Source of the DNA: an uncultured Myxococcales bacterium
GTDB lineage: Bacteria > Myxococcota_A > Bradymonadia > REDH01
Direction of reading: 5' to 3'
Length of the DNA stretch: 52,897 nucleotides
Assembly (NCBI GenBank): GCA_964520965.1
Contig: CAZFPM010000009.1
Span: 1-52,897 of the forward strand
Part shown: in pieces, positions 10,192-21,202 of the stretch
Numbering within the stretch: position 1 is the stretch's first letter
How the letters are laid out: every line of letters begins with the position of its first letter
Program-made: the position numbers and the translations under genes
Notes under the pieces: model-generated
The model's database searches: none
What the model was told of the DNA's origin: nothing
What the model saw: only the letters and a program-made list of their open reading frames with translations

Positions 10192-11048
10192 GCGCCGGGC
10201 GCTCCGCCGCCGGGCTTGCGGAAGTCCGGTGCGTCGATCGAGATGAAGCGGCACATCTCGGACAGCCGCGAGAACATCCGCGCGCCGACCCGCGACTCGA
10301 GCGTCGTCACCTCGAATCGTTCGCGAGACCTGCTGCGCGGCGCGGCCTCCGGTGCCTGGACCGGGTAGTTCGACGTGAAGAAGGTCGTAACGCGGCTGTT
10401 GTAACGCTTGGAGATCAGCTCATCGAGGATCGCGTTCTGCCACTCCGTGGTCAGCCCCTTGCCGAGCTCGTCGATCACGAGCACCGGCACCTCGACGACG
10501 TGGGCGATGATGTCCTGAGTGGGATTGCCGGATTCGAAGCCCGCCTTGAGCTCCGAGAGCAGGTGGGTGAACTCGACGAAGCGGGTCGCGACCCCGTCGG
10601 TGAGCGTCAGTTCGCGGACCAACGCCGCCATCAGGTGGGTCTTGCCGGTCCCGACGGGCCCGATGATGCCGAGCCCGAGGTCGCCGGTCTCGAATCCCCG
10701 CGTGGTCTTGAAGCAGGCGATCTTCGCGGCCCGGACGCTGTCGTTCACCTCGACCGTGCCGGTCTCCAGATCGGCGTGCGCGTAGCGACGGGGGATGCGG
10801 GCCTTGTTGAAGAGGCCGATGCGACGATCGATCTCCAGGCACTCGCAAGGGGCCGAGGCGGGAGATCCGGTCCAGTCCTTCGTGAGCACGTGCCCGGTGC
10901 CGCCGCAGCGCTCGCACTCGGCGAAGCAGTCTGGACAGCGGCTGGCGATGACATGGTGTTCGCCCTCGGTCGTCACGACGCGGCGGTCACGGCAATTGCG
11001 GCAGTGGTCGCTGTCGTCCCGGGACGCGAGTTGGCGGATCATTGACAT
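10188..11048 (-). CDS. DnaC/DnaI/IstB-like AAA+ ATPase with an N-terminal Cys-rich zinc-ribbon (DnaJ-type CxxCxGxG)
   Basis: Start MSMIRQLA at 11048. Cys cluster CRNC...CPDC..CERCGGTGHV...CEC. Walker A GPVGTGKTHL, Walker B VLVIDELG, sensor FFTSN. No IstA-like transposase is nearby. Confidence 0.75.
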   Translation of the reverse strand: MSMIRQLASRDDSDHCRNCRDRRVVTTEGEHHVIASRCPDCFAECERCGGTGHVLTKDWTGSPASAPCECLEIDRRIGLFNKARIPRRYAHADLETGTVEVNDSVRAAKIACFKTTRGFETGDLGLGIIGPVGTGKTHLMAALVRELTLTDGVATRFVEFTHLLSELKAGFESGNPTQDIIAHVVEVPVLVIDELGKGLTTEWQNAILDELISKRYNSRVTTFFTSNYPVQAPEAAPRSRSRERFEVTTLESRVGARMFSRLSEMCRFISIDAPDFRKPGGGAPGA

Positions 11049-11079
11049 GGCCGGAGCGTAATGGCGGGCGACGCGGCGA

Positions 11080-11778
11080 TCAATCGCCGAGCATCGACGG
11101 GATGGCGAAGCGTTCGGCGAGGTGTTCGCGGAGCGCGCGGTCCCAGGCGGAGTCACGCGAGCCGGAGGCGTGCCCGTGGTCGACCAGCACCCGCGCGACC
11201 TGCGCCTCGACGGCGCGCCGCGACTCCGGGTCGAGCCCGGCGAGCACCCAGCGTGCGACCGCGTCGTCGACCAGGGCGAGGATCGCGGCGTCGAGCTCAC
11301 CGTCGGTCGCGATGATCTCCTCGAGCTCCTCGCGGGTCTTCGCTGCCGCCGATCGAACCGCGTCGTGCGCGTGTTCCGAGGCGGTTCGGCCGAGCGCGGC
11401 GAGCACCCCCTCGGCGAGGGTCGGCGCCGTCGTCGTGGCGCCGGTGTCGGAGGTCGGCCGTCGAGCGGCCGGATCGGCGCCGGGCGGCGTTGTCGCTGGC
11501 ACGGAAACTGGGTCGGCGCTGGTGCCGTCGGCCTCCTCCTCGGCGCCGCGGCTCCACCGCTTGAATGCGTTGGTCACGAAGCGCCCGCAATCGGTCAGCG
11601 ACTTCGGCGGCTCCTTCCGCCGGTCGAACGCCCCGTCGATTCCCTCGAAGACCACCTCGAGCGGAATGTCCCGCGCCTCCCAGTTGCCGATCACGTGTTG
11701 ATCTGCCCCGGAGACCGCGGACCCCTTGCCGCGCCGCTCGACGAAATACTCGACGATGCTGCGGGCGAAGTCGGGCAT
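11080..11778 (-). CDS. Hypothetical protein (two helical domains joined by a P/T/A-rich linker)
   Basis: The ATG at 11776-11778 is preceded by an AAGGA RBS. GC3 is high and composition is real-protein-like (MPDFARSIVEYFVERRGKG...). I recognise no family. Confidence 0.6.
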   Translation of the reverse strand: MPDFARSIVEYFVERRGKGSAVSGADQHVIGNWEARDIPLEVVFEGIDGAFDRRKEPPKSLTDCGRFVTNAFKRWSRGAEEEADGTSADPVSVPATTPPGADPAARRPTSDTGATTTAPTLAEGVLAALGRTASEHAHDAVRSAAAKTREELEEIIATDGELDAAILALVDDAVARWVLAGLDPESRRAVEAQVARVLVDHGHASGSRDSAWDRALREHLAERFAIPSMLGD

Positions 11779-11938
11779 CGTACGGTCCTTCACTGAGTCA
11801 GCTCGCTTCTGGCTTGCCCGAACCGCCGCCGCCGGCGTTGCTCGCTCGCCACGGGCCACCGGCCCGCGACTCGTTCACGCCTTGCCGGCGACAATTCGTT
11901 CGGCGCCATCGAGCGATCCGTCTCAATGAAGGCCCGTA

Positions 11939-14509
<2,571 letters not shown>

Positions 14510-15877
14510 TCACTTTCCGACGCAGAAGTCGGCGAATATCCGCGCGAGCAGATCCTCGCTCGTCACTCCGCCTGTCATCGCGCCCAGCGCATCGAGGGCG
14601 GCACGAAGATCCACCGCCACCAACTCGTGCCCGGCACCGCTGTCCGCTGCCCGCAGCGCTCGCGACAAAGCCGCCCGCGACTCCTGCAGCGCCTCGCGAT
14701 GACGGGCGCGCGTGATCAGCGTCGACTCCGACGCCGGCCGCAACCCCGCAGAGCTCGCCAACTCCTCGATCAGCGGCTCCAGTCCGTCGCATCCGTCGCC
14801 GGTCGACAGGCTGATCAACAACGAGGGGACGCCCACCGGGGCCTCCGGCGGCGAGCCGCCGAGCCGGTCGGACTTGTTGAAGACGACCCCCAGAGGCCGA
14901 GGCGGGAGCATGCTGACGAGATCGACGAGACCCACGGGCTCGGAGGCGTCGACGACCACGAGCACCACGTCGGACCGGGTCGCCCGCTCGTGGGTCCGGT
15001 CGACACCCATCCGTTCGACCGGATCCTCCGTCTCGCGGAGTCCGGCAGTGTCGACGAGTCGGTAGAGGACTCCGCCGATGTCGATACCCTCCTCGATCCA
15101 ATCCCGCGTCGTCCCCGCGACTTCGCTGACCAGGGCGCGGTCTTCTCGCAAGAGGCGATTGAGGAGTGTCGACTTGCCGGCGTTCGGCGGACCGACGATC
15201 GCGACCCGAACGCCGTCGTGACGAAGACGGCCGGCATCGTAGGTGGCCAGCAAGCGGTCGATACCGTTGCCGACCGGGTCGGCGGCTTCGCGGATCTCCT
15301 CTGCGGAGATGCTGTAGACGTGCTCCTCGGCCGCGAAGTCGATCGCCGCCTCGACCAACGCGGCGAGCGCGGTCAGCTCTTCTTCCAGGCGGCCGATCTC
15401 CGCCGAGAGCACGCCGTCGAGGTGGGCGACGGCGAGCCGCTGCGCCGCCTCGCTCTGCGCGTGGATCACGTCGGCGATCGCCTCGACCTGTAGCAGATCC
15501 AACTTCCCGTTGGCGAGCGCCCGCCGAGAGAATTCGCCCGGCTCGGCCAGCCGGGCCCCCGCCGCGAGAAGGGCCTCGAGAACCGCATGCGGGGTCACCA
15601 GGCCGCCGTGGCAGTGGAGCTCGACGACGTCATCGCCCGTGAAGCTCGCCGGGCCGTGGAACGGGATGACCAACGCGCGGTCCAACATGGCGCCATCACG
15701 GGCGAGCGCCCGGACCGTTGTCTGCCGCGCCCGAAGCGCTTCGACCCGGCACCCGCAGAGCTCCGCCGCGATGCGCAGCGCGTCAGGTCCGGACACGCGG
15801 ACGATCGCGATCGCACCGACTCCGGCCGGGGTGGCCAGCGCGGCGATGGTGTCTCGACTAGCCACGGTTGCCGGCAC
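14510..15877 (-). CDS. mnmE: tRNA uridine-5-carboxymethylaminomethyl modification GTPase MnmE
   Basis: DTIAALATPAGVGAIAIVRVSG. G-domain GPPNAGKSTLLN, DTAG, NKSD. Family-typical C-terminal FCVGK. Confidence 0.95.
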   Translation of the reverse strand: MPATVASRDTIAALATPAGVGAIAIVRVSGPDALRIAAELCGCRVEALRARQTTVRALARDGAMLDRALVIPFHGPASFTGDDVVELHCHGGLVTPHAVLEALLAAGARLAEPGEFSRRALANGKLDLLQVEAIADVIHAQSEAAQRLAVAHLDGVLSAEIGRLEEELTALAALVEAAIDFAAEEHVYSISAEEIREAADPVGNGIDRLLATYDAGRLRHDGVRVAIVGPPNAGKSTLLNRLLREDRALVSEVAGTTRDWIEEGIDIGGVLYRLVDTAGLRETEDPVERMGVDRTHERATRSDVVLVVVDASEPVGLVDLVSMLPPRPLGVVFNKSDRLGGSPPEAPVGVPSLLISLSTGDGCDGLEPLIEELASSAGLRPASESTLITRARHREALQESRAALSRALRAADSGAGHELVAVDLRAALDALGAMTGGVTSEDLLARIFADFCVGK

Positions 15878-15930
15878 GGGCGCCGGTTCCCGCTCGTGTC
15901 GAGCGCGGGTCGCGGCGACTCACCGGCTGG

Positions 15931-17481
15931 CTAGCGTCGCCGCCGGTCGTTGCGTCCGCCTCGACCACGTCCGCCGTCCCTGCCGCGTCCGCCATCCCTT
16001 CCGCGTCCGCCATCCCTTCCGCGTCCGCGGTCGGGCCGGCGATTGGCGCGGTCCTTGTCGCGCTGTTCGTCGCTGCGCTCGTCGCTGTCGCTGCGTGCCT
16101 CGCTGTCGCCGCGTCCGCCACGCTCGTCGCGTCGCTCCCTCGCGGCGAACACGTAGCCGGCAGGAGCGATGCCGAGCATGCGGAAGATGCCGTCACCTTC
16201 GCTCTCGGAGTCCACGCCCTGGGTCTGGTTGGCGACGCGGTGGAACGCGTAGCGGTCGAAGGAGTTCATCGCCGGGAGTCGGACCGGCTTGCCGGAGCTC
16301 CGGACGAACTCCGCCAGGCGAGCACCGGCCGCGCGTAGCGCGTCGACGCGTCCGGCGCGGAACCCGTCGACGTCGACGATGACGGACCGTCCCCGCCCGC
16401 GGTCGCCGAACACGGCGCGGGTCAGCAGGGTCTGCAGCGCCTCGATCCGGCCGGGGTCGGCTGCGGCGTTGAGCGATCCGACGAGTCGGGGCAGGCCGAG
16501 ACCGGACAGGTCCACCCGCAGAGTGCGACCGTCGTACTGGCCGCTGACCCGCGGGCTCCGGAATCCCATGCCGTGGAGGATGGGCTTGAGGTACTCTTTG
16601 GCGGCTGCGACGGCGTCGAACCCCTCTGGATCCGCCTCTTCGGTGCGTCGCCGATCGTGGCGGACGTCGCGATCGCGCCGGGACTCGCCGTCGCGTTCGC
16701 GCCGGGACTCGCCGTCGCGATCGCGCCGGGATTCGCCGTCGCGTTCGCGCCGGGACTCGCCGTCCCGCTTCTTGCTCCGCGTGCGCCTCGGCTCGTCGTC
16801 GCCCTTCTGCGGGGCGCCGTTGCCGGCCTCTCGTCCGCCCTTCTGCGGGGCGCTGTCGCCGGCCTCTCGTCCGCCCTTCTTCCTGGAGCGCGTGCGCTTG
16901 GGCTCTTCGGCGTCCCGCTGCTTGCCGCGGCCCTTGGCGGCCAGCCGCTCTCGCGCCTCGGCGACCTGTTCGCCGTCGAGGAGCTTCATGTGATTGGAGA
17001 CGTCCCAGCCGAGCTTCCACTCATCGATCGCCGCGCGGAGGTCCTTCGACGAGAGTCCGAGCTCCTTGGCGAGCGCGTGGACCCGCAGCGGCTCTTCGGC
17101 CTTCTTGGGCGCTGCCTTCTTGGGCGCTGTCTTCTTTGTGGCCTTGGCCTTCTTGGGCTCTTCGGCCTTGGCCTTCTTTGTGGCCTTGGCCTTCTTGGGC
17201 TCCTCGGCCTTCTTGGGTGCGGCCTTCTTGGACGCCGTCTTCTTGGACGCCGCCTTCTTTGTGGCCTTGGCCTTCTTGGGCGCTGCCTTCGGCTTCGCGA
17301 CGCGCTTGCGGGCTTCGGCGATCTGGTCGGAGTCGAGCACCTTCATGTGGTTGGAGGTGTCCCATCCGAGCTTCCACCCGTCGATGGTCTCACGGAGCTC
17401 CTTCGAGGAGAGTCCGAGCTCTTTGGCGAGCTCGTGGATCCGCAGGGGCGCGGTCGATTCGGTCTTCTTGCGGGTGGCCAC
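15931..17481 (-). CDS. jag: Jag/KhpB-like RNA-binding protein (KH + R3H) with a duplicated IF2_N-like N-terminal module and long charged low-complexity repeats
   Basis: Positioned after yidC. KH-like region AAAKEYLKPILHGMGF... R3H-like region MNSFDRYAFHRVANQTQGVDSESEGDGIFR. Two copies of L-R-[IV]-H-x-LAKELGLSSK-[ED]-LR. AKK-rich, RDGESRRx and GRGRDG repeats. GTG start with an AGGAG RBS. Confidence 0.75.
   Translation of the reverse strand: MATRKKTESTAPLRIHELAKELGLSSKELRETIDGWKLGWDTSNHMKVLDSDQIAEARKRVAKPKAAPKKAKATKKAASKKTASKKAAPKKAEEPKKAKATKKAKAEEPKKAKATKKTAPKKAAPKKAEEPLRVHALAKELGLSSKDLRAAIDEWKLGWDVSNHMKLLDGEQVAEARERLAAKGRGKQRDAEEPKRTRSRKKGGREAGDSAPQKGGREAGNGAPQKGDDEPRRTRSKKRDGESRRERDGESRRDRDGESRRERDGESRRDRDVRHDRRRTEEADPEGFDAVAAAKEYLKPILHGMGFRSPRVSGQYDGRTLRVDLSGLGLPRLVGSLNAAADPGRIEALQTLLTRAVFGDRGRGRSVIVDVDGFRAGRVDALRAAGARLAEFVRSSGKPVRLPAMNSFDRYAFHRVANQTQGVDSESEGDGIFRMLGIAPAGYVFAARERRDERGGRGDSEARSDSDERSDEQRDKDRANRRPDRGRGRDGGRGRDGGRGRDGGRGRGGRNDRRRR
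16674..16765. repeat. Coding tandem repeat, 24 nt x ~4 (RDGESRRE/D), inside jag
   Basis: CGCGCCGGGAYTCGCCGTCGCGWT is repeated head to tail. Further coding repeats are 36 nt x2 at 16801-16872 and 18 nt x~4 at 15965-16036. Confidence 0.8.
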
Positions 17482-17496
17482 GGAGGAGCTCCTGGA

Positions 17497-19194
17497 TCAG
17501 GCCTTCGCCGGCTCGGGGGTCGTCCCGAACTTCCGGCGGATGTAGAGCATCTGGAGGATGGAGAGCAGCATGTTGACGAAGATGTAGAGCACCAGGCCGC
17601 TCGGGAGGAAGAGCATCATGACGGTGAACATCACCGGCATGATCCTGGTGACCATCTGCATCTGTGGGTTGTCCGTCTGCTGCGGCATCAGCCGCTGCTG
17701 GAAGAACATCACGAGGCCCATCGCGATGGGCAGGACGAAGTAGGGATCCGGCTGCGACAGGTCGTGCACCCAGAGCGCGAAGTCGGCGTTGTAGAGCTCG
17801 GCCGAGCCCCAGATCGCGCGGTAGAGCGCGATGTAGATCGGCATCTGCAGGACCATCGGCAGGCACCCGCTCATCGGGTTGGCCCCCTCGCGCTTGAAGA
17901 GCGCCATCTGCTCCTCGGCGAGCTTCATTTTGTCGTGCTCGTATTTCTTCTGGAGCTTCTTCAGCTCGGGCTGGACCCGCTTCATCTTCTCCATGCTCTC
18001 GTAGCCCCGCTGCGTGATGGGGAAGAGCACGATTTTCACGAAGACGGTCAGGAGGATCACCGCCAGGCCCCAGTTGACCACCCAGCCCTGGAAGAGCAGG
18101 AGCAGGAACCGAATCGGTACCGCCAGGAAGCTGAACCAGCCGAAGTCGATCGAGCGCTCGAGCGCCCCCGGGTGCGCCGAGAGATAGTTCTCGTTCTTCG
18201 GGCCCGTGTAGAGGACGAACGAGAAGTGCGCCGCGCCATCGGGGCCCGGGGCGACATCGAACTCCTGGCTCGACAGCGTCGTCACGACGTGGTCGACGTC
18301 GACGGGGTCGAACGAGCAGCGATCGAAGTCGGCCGCGGAGTCGCCCGCCGGCGCGACCGCCGTGATGAAGTAGCGCTCGTCGACGCCAGCGAAATCCACC
18401 AGCCCCTCGATGCCGCCGTACTCGCGGTGCTCTTCGATCTTACGAGCGGGCCGACGCTCGACGCCGAAGCCGCCGGCGCAGATCCCCTCGAGGATGCTGC
18501 CGGCCCGGTCGAGCATGCCGCCGCCCTCGGTGGAGAAGAAGCCCGGAATCAGGACGTCGAGGCCGCCGAAACGACGGGTCGCGGCGCCGAGGTTCTCGAC
18601 GGTGACTTCGAAGCTGGCCCCGAACGCGGGCAGCTCGTCGTCGATCGCGACGCGCTTCTCGATGCGGATCTGGCCGTCGGGAGACGTCCATCGGTAGGTT
18701 ACGCTGCGGTACGTGTCGCCGTCGCCGCGCTCGCTCTCCTCTTCGACCAGCGTGAACACCGACGTGGCCTGCAGGTCGGGGAGGCCGTCGATGTCGAGTG
18801 CGAGCGGCAGCTCGTCTTCGTCGGCCTCCGGGAACACCCCGCGGATCTCGTCGTGGGGGATGTACTGCTCGGGCCGGTCGATGGTCACGCTGACGAGCCG
18901 CGCACCGATGTTGGACACCGTCAGGGTGTGGTTGGCACCGGCCAGGATCTGGGGCGGCAGGGGCTCGGCCTCGGGTACCGCTGCCGGCGCCTCACCCGAC
19001 CCCTCGACGACGATGTTCTCGACCACCACCGGCTCCACGTCGTCTTCGACGGTCTCCGGCGTGACCTCGCCCGGGGGCGGGGGCGGCGGCACCATGAAGG
19101 ACTGCCACACCACCAGCACGCCCGCGGCGAGCACGAACGCGAGGAACAGGTTCTTCGTGTTGCCCTGTTCCGGGTTGTTGAGCATTCCGCTCAT
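17497..19194 (-). CDS. yidC: Membrane protein insertase YidC
   Basis: Start [10 protein letters not shown] at 19194 overlaps the yidD stop (ATGA). Large periplasmic domain, then the conserved C-terminal core ([45 protein letters not shown]). Confidence 0.93.
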   Translation of the reverse strand: MSGMLNNPEQGNTKNLFLAFVLAAGVLVVWQSFMVPPPPPPGEVTPETVEDDVEPVVVENIVVEGSGEAPAAVPEAEPLPPQILAGANHTLTVSNIGARLVSVTIDRPEQYIPHDEIRGVFPEADEDELPLALDIDGLPDLQATSVFTLVEEESERGDGDTYRSVTYRWTSPDGQIRIEKRVAIDDELPAFGASFEVTVENLGAATRRFGGLDVLIPGFFSTEGGGMLDRAGSILEGICAGGFGVERRPARKIEEHREYGGIEGLVDFAGVDERYFITAVAPAGDSAADFDRCSFDPVDVDHVVTTLSSQEFDVAPGPDGAAHFSFVLYTGPKNENYLSAHPGALERSIDFGWFSFLAVPIRFLLLLFQGWVVNWGLAVILLTVFVKIVLFPITQRGYESMEKMKRVQPELKKLQKKYEHDKMKLAEEQMALFKREGANPMSGCLPMVLQMPIYIALYRAIWGSAELYNADFALWVHDLSQPDPYFVLPIAMGLVMFFQQRLMPQQTDNPQMQMVTRIMPVMFTVMMLFLPSGLVLYIFVNMLLSILQMLYIRRKFGTTPEPAKA

Positions 19195-19454
19195 GGTGTC
19201 GGCGCCTCCTCCTGGGACAGCGACTCTCGGGGGGGTTCTGCGAGGTCGGGGACCGGGTCGAACCCGCCCGGATTGAAGGGGTGGCACCGGCAGATCCGGC
19301 GCGTCGCGAGAAGGGATCCTCGCGCGAGGTCGTGCCGCTCGATGGCGATTCGCGCGTACTCCGAGCAGGTCGGGGCGAAGCGGCACGCCGACGGCAAAAG
19401 CGGCGAGATCGCGCGTTGATACAGACTGATTACACCGATGGCAAGCCGCTTCAC
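19191..19454 (-). CDS. yidD: Membrane protein insertion efficiency factor YidD
   Basis: [26 protein letters not shown]...[13 protein letters not shown]. The GTG at 19452-19454 overlaps the rnpA TGA (GTGA), so I prefer it over the tracked start at 19499. Confidence 0.88.
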   Translation of the reverse strand: MKRLAIGVISLYQRAISPLLPSACRFAPTCSEYARIAIERHDLARGSLLATRRICRCHPFNPGGFDPVPDLAEPPRESLSQEEAPTP

Positions 19455-19876
19455 GGTGTGGCCTCCGCGGGGCCGTCGGCGCGCACCTTGTCCGCCCATC
19501 GACAGAGGTCGGACAGGAGCTCGTCGTAGGAAGAGCGAGACGCCGAAGGCCTTGCAATCACGACGAAATCTACAGCGACGGGCCAGCGCTCGTGGTTGCG
19601 GCGAAACGCCTCGCGGAGCCAGCGCTTTACCCGGGCTCGCGTCGGCGCGTGGCCGACCTTGCGGCTGACCGTGATGCCGATGCGCGTGTGGTCGACCGCT
19701 GACGGCAGGTGAACCACCGTCAGCCGTGGGGATCGGAACCGGCGTCCGGTCGTCTGGATGCGCACGTAATCGGAACGCTTGCGGATCCGGTCGCGTTTGC
19801 GGAACCGCTCGTCCTGCGGTCGTCCCGGACCGGTGGACCCGGGCGTCCGCTCGACCGGATCCGAGCTGGGAGTCAT
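19451..19876 (-). CDS. rnpA: Ribonuclease P protein component
   Basis: Lies between rpmH and yidD. Basic protein with [28 protein letters not shown]. Confidence 0.88.
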   Translation of the reverse strand: MTPSSDPVERTPGSTGPGRPQDERFRKRDRIRKRSDYVRIQTTGRRFRSPRLTVVHLPSAVDHTRIGITVSRKVGHAPTRARVKRWLREAFRRNHERWPVAVDFVVIARPSASRSSYDELLSDLCRWADKVRADGPAEATP

Positions 19877-19891
19877 CGGCGTCGCGACGCG

Positions 19892-20041
19892 CTACTTCTT
19901 GGGCGTCGTCGTCGCCAGGCGCAGGCGACCCTTGGCGCGGCGGCGCTTCAGGATCCGCTGACCACCCTTCGAACTCATGCGCTTGCGGAACCCGTGGGTT
20001 CGGCGGCGCCGGATATTGCTTGGCTGGTACGTCCTCTTCAC
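19892..20041 (-). CDS. rpmH: 50S ribosomal protein L34
   Basis: GTG-initiated [50 protein letters not shown] 6 nt upstream. The rest of tracked ORF 19892-20509 is non-coding. Confidence 0.93.
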   Translation of the reverse strand: MKRTYQPSNIRRRRTHGFRKRMSSKGGQRILKRRRAKGRLRLATTTPKK

Positions 20042-20102
20042 GGCGATCCTTTGCGAGCTGCTGCGCTGCGGGGCCCGGAACCCGGGGCTCCAGGAGCGCG
20101 GC

Positions 20103-20130
20103 AACATAGCGAACGCGACCCGCATGTCAA
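20103..20130 (-). promoter_or_regulatory. Sigma-70-type promoter candidate for the rpmH operon
   Basis: On the minus strand: TTGACA (20125-20130), 16-nt spacer, TATGTT (20103-20108). It sits about 60 nt upstream of the rpmH start. Confidence 0.45.
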
Positions 20131-20226
20131 GCAAGGATCGGTGGTCGGGGATCCGGATCGGACCTTGCGCGGTCGCGGGGCGGTCGCGCGGGGCTGAGGA
20201 TCGAGGCGCGCGAAGACGGCGGCGAA

Positions 20227-20706
20227 TCAGCCGTCGCCGTCGACGGCGTTGGACCGAATGCCCCGGCGACGGCAGACCAGCACAAGGCCGATCAACGACA
20301 TCGCGAACCACCCGCCGGGTCCCCTCTGCGTGCTCGAGCAGATGCCGCGGTTGCGACGCGTCTGTCGGTCGGAATCGGCGTCGACGGGGACCGGGAAGGG
20401 AGCGGGCGCGTCGACCGGAACGCCGGCCGGGTCTTCCGGTCCGCCGCCATCGAACGGGTCTCCCGACAGGTCGGGTACGGCGAAGTCGCCCGGTTCGACG
20501 GGCTCCCACGCGTCGACCGGTCCGTCCGGGAGCGACTCCCAGAATCGATCCGCCTCTTGGGATTGCGCCACGAGCACCGCCTCGATCGATGCGGTGTTGT
20601 CGACCATGATCTCGGCGTCATCGCCGCAGCCACCCGTTCGGATGCGCCGAATCGCGGGCATGGCGTCGATCGCGATCGACAGCGTCCGCCAGACCGGGGG
20701 CGGCAC
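20227..20706 (-). CDS. Acidic Pro/Asp-rich protein with a MYXO-CTERM-like tail (Cys, TM helix, RRR). The start is uncertain (20706, 20661 or 20607).
   Basis: The composition is typical of a real frame (D/E/V/A/P), whereas the co-phased plus frame is S/T/G-rich shadow. The tail is [29 protein letters not shown]. No clear N-terminal signal peptide. Confidence 0.45.
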   Translation of the reverse strand: MPPPVWRTLSIAIDAMPAIRRIRTGGCGDDAEIMVDNTASIEAVLVAQSQEADRFWESLPDGPVDAWEPVEPGDFAVPDLSGDPFDGGGPEDPAGVPVDAPAPFPVPVDADSDRQTRRNRGICSSTQRGPGGWFAMSLIGLVLVCRRRGIRSNAVDGDG

Positions 20707-21202
20707 GTGCCGGCCATTCGTCTTCGAGGTCGACGAGCTCGCCGCGGAGCTCTTCGGATTCTGCTACGTCGACCAGGGCGCCGTCGATGCTGGCGCGCGT
20801 TGTACCACCGAGGGTTACCTGGGTGGCGACTGCGCGGACTTCGCAGCTTGCCTGGCGCGCGAGGAGGACGGGACCGCCGAGTGCATGCCGCTCTGTGAGC
20901 CGTTCAGCGGTGAGGACGAATGTGGCGATGGCTCCTGCTCGGGGGTCCCGCCCCTCGTTGGTGAGCAGAGTTACTCGTACTGTTGGCCCGACCCGCAGCC
21001 CGGCGAGATCGGCGACCGTTGCTCCGAACAGGGCGTACCCTGCGCCGCCGCCGACTCCGTCTGTCTCGACATGGGCGTGGGTGCCGAGTGCCTGGCCGTT
21101 TGCCGCGCGGGGCGGGGCGACTGCGCCGCGTACGGCACCGACTGCGCGACGGACCGGTTGAGCCCCAGCGTGGTCCCGAGCTTCATGGGCGTGTGCCTCT
21201 GA
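20642..21202 (+). CDS. Cys-rich hypothetical protein (start uncertain, 20642 or 20660)
   Basis: From about 20700 the plus frame has real-protein composition with ~17 Cys (...CTTEGYLGGDCADFAACL...CEPFSGEDECGDGSC...). Its TGA overlaps the ATG of the next gene (TGATG). The tracked N-terminal 130 aa are antisense shadow. Confidence 0.45.
   Translation: MRRIAGMASIAIDSVRQTGGGTCRPFVFEVDELAAELFGFCYVDQGAVDAGARCTTEGYLGGDCADFAACLAREEDGTAECMPLCEPFSGEDECGDGSCSGVPPLVGEQSYSYCWPDPQPGEIGDRCSEQGVPCAAADSVCLDMGVGAECLAVCRAGRGDCAAYGTDCATDRLSPSVVPSFMGVCL

Noticed and set aside
10188-11048. IstB-like ATPase as the helper gene of an IS21-family insertion sequence.
   Set aside because: There is no IstA transposase ORF on either side and no terminal inverted repeats. 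GC and codon usage look native. The gene is translationally coupled (ATGA) to a chromosomal SDR gene.
20042-20226. Possible oriC or DnaA-box cluster upstream of rpmH.
   Set aside because: I found no TTATCCACA-like 9-mers on either strand and no AT-rich unwinding element. Only a promoter-like TTGACA-16-TATGTT is present.
20249-20640. The N-terminal 130 aa of tracked plus ORF 20249-21202 as real coding sequence.
   Set aside because: The composition is S/T/G/P-rich ([28 protein letters not shown]...), typical of an antisense shadow. The co-phased minus frame has normal acidic-protein composition and a TM tail.
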